In this document: positions 57,665 through 64,000 of the stretch, one piece after another
Layout: each line of letters starts with the position of its first letter
Position numbering within the stretch: position 1 is the stretch's first letter
Source: an uncultured Candidatus Saccharibacteria bacterium
GTDB lineage: Bacteria; Patescibacteriota; Minisyncoccia; Phycocordibacterales; UBA5272
Direction of reading: 5' to 3'
DNA: 64,000 bases
NCBI GenBank assembly: GCA_964577675.1
Contig: CAZNZQ010000001.1
Coordinates: forward strand, 5,875 to 69,874
The notes under the pieces: generated by a model
Seen by the model: the letters and a program-made list of their open reading frames with translations, nothing else
What the model was told of the DNA's origin: nothing
Database searches by the model: none
Translations under genes and position numbers: made by a program

Positions 57665-58423
57665 ATGGACACAATTACAGAACCAGAACATAAACATACA
57701 GCTGAGATGGGAATAAAATCTCATGCCACTCATAAGAAAAAGTTTGAACTTACCACACCTGTTGCGATCATACTTGGGTCAATTATCATCGCGGTTTCAC
57801 ACATAGCATACGGAGTACTTGTAGGACCTACTAACTCTCAACCAGTAACACTCTTCGCTGGGGCGCCGATCACAGAAAAAGATTTCCCGACTGGCGATGT
57901 TAAGAGTGATGTTGTTGTTGTCGAATACTCTGACACAGAGTGCCCTTTCTGTGCTCGACTCCATCCTACGATGACCCAGATACAATCAGAGTACAAGGAT
58001 AGAGTAGCTTTTGCTTACCGCTACTTCCCGCTGACTCAGATACACCCTAACGCGTTCGCTGAGGCTCAAGCTATTGAATGTGTTGGCAAGCAGTTAGGTG
58101 CAGCAAAACGTAGAGAATATATCGACCAGATGTTCCAGTACAAAATCACCAAGAATTCCATGACACTTCCAAAAAACGGCAAGGAAGACCTGGCTAAAAA
58201 CTTCGGGGTCAATATGGCTACATTTAACTCTTGTGTCTCTGGTGAAGAATCATCTGCAACAGTAACTGCGGGAATACAGGATGGTGTGGCAGCTGGTGTT
58301 ACAGGCACCCCAGCAACTATTATTCTCAAGCGAGATGGTGACGACTACGAAGTCTTTGCTCTCATAGAAGGTGCGAGGGAGTACGAGTACTTTAAGGCAG
58401 CCCTAGATGCTGCGTTAGAGTAG
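57665..58423 (+). CDS. DsbA-like thiol:disulfide oxidoreductase (thioredoxin fold, membrane-anchored)
   Basis: N-terminal TM helix and CPFC active site in VVVEYSDTECPFCARLHP. Confidence 0.75.
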   Translation: MDTITEPEHKHTAEMGIKSHATHKKKFELTTPVAIILGSIIIAVSHIAYGVLVGPTNSQPVTLFAGAPITEKDFPTGDVKSDVVVVEYSDTECPFCARLHPTMTQIQSEYKDRVAFAYRYFPLTQIHPNAFAEAQAIECVGKQLGAAKRREYIDQMFQYKITKNSMTLPKNGKEDLAKNFGVNMATFNSCVSGEESSATVTAGIQDGVAAGVTGTPATIILKRDGDDYEVFALIEGAREYEYFKAALDAALE

Positions 58424-58444
58424 TAAAGATTAAAGCAGGAATAC

Positions 58445-58476
58445 AAAAGGGCGCCCTTCGGGCGCCCTTTTGTATT
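58445..58476. terminator. bidirectional rho-independent terminator
   Basis: AAGGGCGCCC-ttcg-GGGCGCCCTT flanked by A-rich upstream and TTTTGTATTC downstream. It lies between the convergent dsbA-like and SIMPL genes. Confidence 0.8.
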
Positions 58477-58492
58477 CTAAACAAACAGCCTC

Positions 58493-59266
58493 TTACTTAA
58501 CTTCAAATGACGCTCTCACTATCGCTGTCACTTTCTTTTCTATAGTAGAGGTGTCATAGGAACCATAATCACTCACCTCGATACTATTCCTTTGGGTGAC
58601 CTGAAATACTCCCTGGGACGCACTACGAACTCCGCCAATTCTATCCCCAGTTGCCTTCGCGATTGCTTCTGCTCTATCTTTAGCGTTCTTACCAGCTTCC
58701 TCTAACAGTTCAACACGAAGGTCTGCTAGCTTGTTATAGAAAAACTCAACCTGATTACTTTGGATAAGTATTCCTTTCTGACTAAGCGCCTGTTGCGCTG
58801 TGAGTGATAGATCTCTTATAAGCTCTACATCTTCTGACTCTACAATAGTCGTCGCCGTAATAGAGTAGGTGTATGGACCGGAACATTGCTGGCGCCCAAG
58901 ACTGTCATACATTACTTGGTTTTGAGACTGACAAACTACATTCGATGTAATCGGCTGAACAGTAATCTGCTTTTCAGTAATTCCCTTTTCTACCAAGTAT
59001 TTAGACGTAGCGACTTGTTGAGCACGTATTTCGTTAGAAACATATGAAAGCTGACTAGGTTCTGCCTGTTTAGTGATAGAAAAGGTCCACTTACCTCCAT
59101 CGCTCTCGACCATCCTTTCTGCTGTCCCGGTTACAGAGATGCTGTTATTCTGGCCAACTGCCTTTACTCCACCTGCGAGGACTAAAGACGCAGCGATGAG
59201 CATCACCCCTCCTAGCACACACGCCGTTACTACATTATTTTTAAAAAGTTCTTTAAATGAGTTCAT
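58493..59266 (-). CDS. SIMPL-domain (DUF541/BP26/YggE-like) periplasmic protein
   Basis: N-terminal TM/signal followed by the SIMPL pattern ...VSVTGTAERMVESD...GGVRSASQGVFQV.... The start was taken at MNSFKE. Confidence 0.55.
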   Translation of the reverse strand: MNSFKELFKNNVVTACVLGGVMLIAASLVLAGGVKAVGQNNSISVTGTAERMVESDGGKWTFSITKQAEPSQLSYVSNEIRAQQVATSKYLVEKGITEKQITVQPITSNVVCQSQNQVMYDSLGRQQCSGPYTYSITATTIVESEDVELIRDLSLTAQQALSQKGILIQSNQVEFFYNKLADLRVELLEEAGKNAKDRAEAIAKATGDRIGGVRSASQGVFQVTQRNSIEVSDYGSYDTSTIEKKVTAIVRASFEVK

Positions 59267-59350
59267 GTAAGCAAAAATTATTTTTATATTTTTAAGTATA
59301 CACCCGAGCTTTGACAGCATAGAGAAAGTCTTTACATTTAGAAGAAATAT

Positions 59351-59360
59351 TGTATAATAT
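59351..59360 (+). promoter_or_regulatory. extended -10 promoter (TGtATAATa) for the 59399 gene
   Basis: TGTATAATAT lies about 40 nt upstream of the ATG, with an AGAGG SD 7 nt before the ATG. Confidence 0.4.
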
Positions 59361-59398
59361 ATTTGCGGAATATACCGTGCATTCTACAAGAGGTTCCT

Positions 59399-59734
59399 AT
59401 GGCAAAAAAGCCAGCAAGAAATATCGACAAGCTTTCAAGGACTCTCACCCTTGCAACAACGAGAAAAGGGGGGTTGTCCCTGCTTGTGACACGACAAGGT
59501 GGTGTCGAAATCACCCCCTTTCGTTTCATTGTCACGAACGAACTTGTCCTTGTGAAAACAGGGCAAGGCGGACGGATACGTGTACTTTTCGGAGTACATG
59601 AAGTAAGGCTCGTCGGAGGAAGGTCAGCCAAGAAAGCGCTCATTGCCTGGGCTAAACAAGCCAACTACTCCCAACAGGAAGCGAAGGGTAAGCTCCTTTA
59701 CGGTCAACCAAAGCCGCATTTTGGTCTGTATTAG
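59399..59734 (+). CDS. small basic hypothetical protein (111 aa)
   Basis: MAKKPARNIDKLSRTLTLATTRKGG.... It has its own promoter, an SD sequence and an immediate downstream terminator. It is preferred over the antisense ORF 59338..59664. Confidence 0.45.
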   Translation: MAKKPARNIDKLSRTLTLATTRKGGLSLLVTRQGGVEITPFRFIVTNELVLVKTGQGGRIRVLFGVHEVRLVGGRSAKKALIAWAKQANYSQQEAKGKLLYGQPKPHFGLY

Positions 59735-59780
59735 GTAGATCTCTCCACTAAACAATCAACCAAAAATGGAGAGGCAAAGA

Positions 59781-59807
59781 GGGTGTCGCCATGCGACACC
59801 CTTTTTT
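59781..59807 (+). terminator. rho-independent terminator
   Basis: GGGTGTCGC-cat-GCGACACCC followed by TTTTTT. Confidence 0.85.
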
Positions 59808-59831
59808 ATATACGCACAAGTACACCTTGCA

Positions 59832-59862
59832 ACAAAAAGGAGGGCGCTTAGCAACGCCCTCC
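59832..59862 (-). terminator. rho-independent terminator for 59890..60276
   Basis: GGAGGGCG-cttagcaa-CGCCCTCC, with TTTTTGTTG following on the minus strand. Confidence 0.75.
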
Positions 59863-59889
59863 AATCTCAAGAAGCAACACCCTCACGAT

Positions 59890-60276
59890 TCATTTTTTTA
59901 TCGTGTAAGGACCGAAATATTTATTTCTTCCATCTTTTGCTTCATCGGGTGACGAGTAGACCCGGCACAGGATAGCGTCATAAATTGAATCACATGATCC
60001 GCCGAAAGAAGCCGAGAGTACGTAGTACTGCCGTTTGCCGCGAGTGTCGGCCACATACCCATTCACTTCCCTTATCGTACAATATTCGGGAAGAATGATG
60101 AGTTTTGATGGGTCTCCGTGCAAAGGTTTAAAATATCTCGTGGCATGCCAAGAGACAACCATGTTGTGATCTTTCGGAGTAACAACATAGCGCTTATCTT
60201 CGTAAGGCACCGCTTTTGCCAAGATACCCCGTATTTCAATTAAGTGTTCATCTTGATTTCGTCGCTTTGCAACCAT
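59890..60276 (-). CDS. hypothetical protein
   Basis: 128 aa with a terminator 30 nt downstream. No recognisable motif. Confidence 0.4.
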   Translation of the reverse strand: MVAKRRNQDEHLIEIRGILAKAVPYEDKRYVVTPKDHNMVVSWHATRYFKPLHGDPSKLIILPEYCTIREVNGYVADTRGKRQYYVLSASFGGSCDSIYDAILCRVYSSPDEAKDGRNKYFGPYTIKK

Positions 60277-60348
60277 TAGAATACCCCAAAGGGAAGGAAC
60301 TAGAGGGGTTCATCATAGCAAACATTAGTGTTAAGTCAAATACGTATT

Positions 60349-60801
60349 TTAAATATCTCCTTTCACCTCCCCTACGTGCTCCTTCGGCTTCACCTCTTCA
60401 TACACCTTTGCTATCTTCCCCTCTTCATCAATCAAAAAACTCATTCTCTCTATACCCATGTATTCACGCCCCATAAACCTTTTCTTTCTCCAGACGCCGT
60501 ACGCTTCGCAGACCTCCCCTGTAGTATCTGATAAAAGCGGGAACGGGAGCTCGTACTTCTCTGCGAATTTCTTGTGACTCTTTACACAATCTTTACTAAC
60601 ACCGAGCACGACAAGTCCAGATTTCTGTAACTCTTCATAGTTATCTCTAAAGTTACATGCTTCTGTAGTACACCCGGGTGTATCGTCTTTTGGATAAAAG
60701 TAGAGGAGAATTTTCTTCCCCTTATATTGCTTTATTGTATGCGTTTCTCCATTCTGATCTTGTAATGAAAAGTCTGGCGCTTTGGTTCCTGTAGTTATCA
60801 T
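60349..60801 (-). CDS. bcp: peroxiredoxin Bcp (thiol peroxidase, AhpC/TSA family)
   Basis: KAPDFSL...ILLYFYPKDDTPGCTTEACNF is the peroxidatic Cys context. The start was taken at MITTGT. Confidence 0.85.
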   Translation of the reverse strand: MITTGTKAPDFSLQDQNGETHTIKQYKGKKILLYFYPKDDTPGCTTEACNFRDNYEELQKSGLVVLGVSKDCVKSHKKFAEKYELPFPLLSDTTGEVCEAYGVWRKKRFMGREYMGIERMSFLIDEEGKIAKVYEEVKPKEHVGEVKGDI

Positions 60802-60819
60802 ATACAGGAAGTGTACCAC

Positions 60820-61953
60820 TTAGTGGTGGTGATGAGTATGCGAAGCGTGAGTAACACTGTCGTCTTTCTTCATCAAAAAAACTGCGATGAGTGTGGTGAG
60901 TGGCACGGCAGCTAATAGCCCGAGAGACCCAACGACCGTCCTCACAATCTCTGTTGTAATAACCTCGCTATTAATAAGCTGAATAGTGGGTGTCTCGCTC
61001 ACATAGAGTAAAAGTACCAGCGGGAGAGAAGCTCCAGTGTACGCGAGTATTAGCGTGTTCACGACAGCACCCATATGATCCTTGCCAACTTTCATTGCTC
61101 TAAAATATAACTCCCCTCTTGAGAGGTGCTCGCCTGCGCTCTTTAACTCCATTACAACAGAAGCTTGGGTGATGGTAATATCGTCTATTACACCTATAAC
61201 ACCTATGATAATTCCACCGATTAAAAGCGCGACAAAGTCTAGTCCACCTTTTGTTGCAAGGTTAAGGAACACAGACTCTTCTGATGCAAACCCCGTAAGA
61301 GCTGTAGCCTTAACGGCAAATGTAGCTGCCACAAGCGTTACAAGCACCGAGCCTACACACCCTAGATACGCAGAGACAGTTAGCCTAGAAATACCGTGCG
61401 TAAGGAACATCACAACAAAGAGAGATAGGAGAGCCCCAAGTGTTGAGATAACGACAATATTCGCACCCGTCAGTATCCCTGGGAACAAAATTTTAAATAT
61501 AAAACCGAAAGAAACAAAGAGTGCAACAAGAGAAAGGAACCCTTGCCTCCCCCCAATCACTACTACCGCCACAACAAATATTCCAAAGAGTAACAAAATT
61601 GTAGGGAACCTGTAGATATCAAAGACACTAAAGTATTCTGTCCCGTCACTGGAGAGTACGTACCTAACATATACCCTGTCTCCGGCTTTTATATCAAAAG
61701 TAGAGTCTGTTATCTCGCTTTCCTTGCCTTTCAAGTCACCTTCTAAAAAACGAACCTTAATTGTCGAATAGGAAGCACTTGTCTCAGTATTAGGAACAAC
61801 TTTTTCCGAAGAAGAAACAACTGATATAACCAGAGCCTTCTCTACAGTCTCTTTACCTTCCACAAACTGTGTTGGTTCGTTAACAGCAAATGTAGACGAA
61901 GTGAAGCTCGCTGTAAGCAATAAGGAGATGAGGACTATGCGCAGCTTTTGCAT
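60820..61953 (-). CDS. YibE/F-family polytopic membrane protein with C-terminal His-rich tail
   Basis: A signal or TM segment, an extracytoplasmic ~110-aa segment, then 7-8 TM helices. It ends ...HASHTHHHH. Confidence 0.5.
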   Translation of the reverse strand: MQKLRIVLISLLLTASFTSSTFAVNEPTQFVEGKETVEKALVISVVSSSEKVVPNTETSASYSTIKVRFLEGDLKGKESEITDSTFDIKAGDRVYVRYVLSSDGTEYFSVFDIYRFPTILLLFGIFVVAVVVIGGRQGFLSLVALFVSFGFIFKILFPGILTGANIVVISTLGALLSLFVVMFLTHGISRLTVSAYLGCVGSVLVTLVAATFAVKATALTGFASEESVFLNLATKGGLDFVALLIGGIIIGVIGVIDDITITQASVVMELKSAGEHLSRGELYFRAMKVGKDHMGAVVNTLILAYTGASLPLVLLLYVSETPTIQLINSEVITTEIVRTVVGSLGLLAAVPLTTLIAVFLMKKDDSVTHASHTHHHH

Positions 61954-62357
61954 AGGCCGTATATCTCTATTGAATGTGTAGTGGTGTTCTTGAACTTCTT
62001 ACTTTTCTTGAGCATCTTCTTAATTGCGTCTTCGACGGAGATGCCTTCTATTTTTTCTATCGTCTCACATTTACCACACACTATTTGGTGAGACGCCCTT
62101 CCAGTTTCTAGTTCGTAATGAGCGTGGCCATGGTTAAAATCAAGCCTGCGAAGAAGCCCAGACTCATGAAGTGAGTTTAAATTACGATAAACAGTTGCCT
62201 GGTCGATGTTTTCCTTCTTACGGAGAAGCTCAACTAGCTCATACACTGTGATCGGCTGCTTTTGACGAGCGACAATATCTAATACGAGCAACCTGTGATC
62301 AGTCACACGAAGCCCGGCCTCTTGAACCATCGTCTTAAGTTCATCTTTTGCGTATGT
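61935..62357 (-). CDS. Fur-family metalloregulator (Zur/Fur-like)
   Basis: Winged helix (RVTDHRLLVLDIV...ITVYEL...TVYRNL) and a metal-site HGH plus C-x2-C...C-x2-C (CGKCETIE...CKSC). The start was taken at MATYAKDEL. Confidence 0.75.
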   Translation of the reverse strand, partial: TYAKDELKTMVQEAGLRVTDHRLLVLDIVARQKQPITVYELVELLRKKENIDQATVYRNLNSLHESGLLRRLDFNHGHAHYELETGRASHQIVCGKCETIEKIEGISVEDAIKKMLKKSKKFKNTTTHSIEIYGLCKSCA

Positions 62358-62450
62358 CGCCATATACCAACATACTATCATGTCTTGTCTATGTTTGCTA
62401 ATGCGAATCTTTTGCAAAAAATAGCCTAAGCGAGTATACTTGGGTACACA

Positions 62451-63113
62451 ATGACTACAATACTTATTACCTTCTTTAGCGCCTTAGCACTCCCAGTTCT
62501 TGCGGTAATTGCTATTCTCCTTCGTAAAGAGCTCATATCGGGGAAGGCGAAACTTCTCATGCTTGGGGTCGGCATTCTACTCCTCTCATACGCAGTGGTA
62601 TCTGACATCTTGCATCACGGCGAAGAGTTTGGACCGAGAGAATTAATAGCTTCTTTTATAGTTGGAGGAATAACTCTTTTTATTCTGGCGTCGTTTAACA
62701 GATATCATAAGCACTCTCCTGCCGAAGGAGGGGTAAAAGGTATTGTAGTGAGCGAAGCATTCCACTCCCTTATCGACGGCGCTGTAATTGGTGCGACTTA
62801 CCTAGTTAACCCAGTCTTGGGGGGCGCTGCAACTTTAGGAATAATCGTTCACGAATTTCCTAAGATACTTGGGACACTCGCCCTATTCCGAGGACTCAAT
62901 CTTTCTATTAAAAGGACGATTATATATGGCGCACTCGCTCAAGGGGGAGCACCAGTTGCGGCGCTCTTCATCTACCTTCTCGGAAAAGAAGTTGACCCTG
63001 AGCAATTCCATACGCTTGAGATTGCTAGTCTCGCATCACTTGCAACAATTATTCTTTGGATAATCTACCTAGAAATAAAGCACCATAGGAAGCATCCTAG
63101 ACACTCTCACTAA
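62451..63113 (+). CDS. ZIP-family divalent metal (zinc) transporter, ZupT-like
   Basis: HEFPKILGT and HSLIDGAVIG motifs in 7-8 TM helices. It is divergent from the Fur-family gene. Confidence 0.65.
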   Translation: MTTILITFFSALALPVLAVIAILLRKELISGKAKLLMLGVGILLLSYAVVSDILHHGEEFGPRELIASFIVGGITLFILASFNRYHKHSPAEGGVKGIVVSEAFHSLIDGAVIGATYLVNPVLGGAATLGIIVHEFPKILGTLALFRGLNLSIKRTIIYGALAQGGAPVAALFIYLLGKEVDPEQFHTLEIASLASLATIILWIIYLEIKHHRKHPRHSH

Positions 63114-63166
63114 AACACATTTGCGAACTACTTGCGTTTATAGAGTCTCTATAGTACGATTGGTCC

Positions 63167-64000
63167 TATGATACTTGGCTTTTTAGGAAAAGGAGGTAGC
63201 GGGAAAAGCACTCTCTCCTACAGATACATACAACTACTCAACAAAAAAGAGGAGGTCGTTTTAGCGGTAGACGCAGACCATAACATGGACCTAACCTATA
63301 ACCTTGGAGTAAACGAGGAGTTTAATTATATGGGCGGAGCACAAACTGATATCCGGGTAATGCATGGCGCACAAGAAGACGATGCCCCTTCTGCTTTGGC
63401 ACTACTGGAAAAAACACCCACTTTCACTATTTCCCCAAAGGATGCCTTTACTCAGAAATATTCCTACTCTATTTCCCCTAACCTGTCCTTGATGACCGCA
63501 GGTCCTCATACTGACGATCAGCTCTATGGACAAGCCTGTAGTCACTGGCTCACTACAGCCATAAAAGTATACTTGCCTCACGTATCCCTCAAAGAAAGGG
63601 AGCACGTTGTTGTTGATGAACGAGCGGGAGTAGATGGGGTTGGAACTGGGATGACTCTAGGGTGGCATGCGGCAATAATAGTCGCAGAAGCCACAGAACA
63701 TGGTATAAAAGCTGCTAATCAGATCGCAAAAATGGTTTCCTTTTTTGGAACACCATATGAGTTCGCTCTCAATAAGGTACGAGAGACTGACGATGTTAGC
63801 GAACTACACAAGAAACTAATTAAGCCTGCCATATTTGTATTTATGCTAGAGCCTGCAATGACAAGAAAAGAGGACGCAGTCACTGAATCATTTGAACAAG
63901 AGTTAGAAAAAATATACACATGGGAGCAGAAGCTAAAAGAGTTACAAGACGACCGACTTGAAAGAACTAAAGAAAAGGTTCTTGCCAACAAAAACTATGA
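63167..64000 (+). CDS. P-loop NTPase of the MinD/ParA/CooC (SIMIBI) type, 3'-partial
   Basis: MILGFLGKGGSGKSTLS is a deviant Walker A with the signature Lys. The frame is open to the window end. Confidence 0.55.

Noticed and set aside
59338-59664. 108-aa minus-strand ORF
   Set aside because: It overlaps the + strand 59399..59734 ORF, which has an extended -10, an SD 7 nt before the ATG and a strong terminator 45 nt after its stop. The minus ORF has none of these.

Overview
This 64-kb window looks like a small-genome bacterium with many short or truncated genes, giant S/T-rich surface proteins and standalone receiver domains, so it is probably a CPR/Patescibacteria-like organism (inference only). 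It uses the standard genetic code: TAA, TAG and TGA all end genes, and prfB (RF2, SPF motif) is present.

Gene content, left to right:
- 1-4.5 kb: a starch-to-glucose-6-phosphate cluster (GH57 amylase, GH15 glucoamylase, PGI/PMI isomerase, ROK glucokinase), followed by a convergent FAD-linked oxidase.
- 6.3-20 kb: a block of secreted or membrane-anchored surface proteins. It holds two cohesin-like proteins next to a dockerin protein, a DUF916/DUF3324-like anchor protein, three tandem paralogs that share a WxL-like C-terminal module (one is 1092 aa with five ~165-aa internal repeats), a class-A beta-lactamase-fold protein and an 839-aa S/T-rich membrane protein.
- 20.1-27.7 kb: an AT-richer (by eye, not computed) integrated island beside tRNA-Gln. 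It is bounded on both sides by copies of a degenerate ~140-bp repeat and sits next to an ABC-transporter 3' remnant. It carries a large serine recombinase, an M.HhaI-like C5-cytosine methyltransferase with a putative restriction enzyme, a DUF2130-like zinc-ribbon coiled-coil protein, a DUF5681-like phage protein, and a palindrome-rich control region with a leaderless promoter.
- 28-31 kb: a SLOG-like protein, pirin and a Pif1 helicase.
- 31.7-36 kb: ftsE and ftsX (ftsX has an in-frame TAA), prfB without the usual frameshift, a TagD-like cytidylyltransferase, and rarA preceded by a (GTAGCGT)x8 microsatellite.
- 36.2-36.5 kb: a tRNA-Thr(GGU) interrupted by a 183-nt putative group I intron in the anticodon loop.
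- 37-43 kb: the rpsP-KH-trmD-DUF167 operon and two tandem histidine kinase / receiver-only response-regulator pairs.
- 43-50 kb: rnr, a short SMC-like ATPase, and a PAP2/uppP pair.
- 50-57 kb: the F1Fo ATP synthase operon with a NUDIX gene between atpG and atpD and a truncated delta subunit. Its intergenic spacers carry recurrent TAATTAG/TAACTAA stop-rich motifs.
- 57-64 kb: yciB-like, dsbA-like and SIMPL genes, a small + strand gene with its own promoter and terminator, and a Fur-family / YibE-F / Bcp / ZIP / P-loop-ATPase metal-homeostasis cluster.
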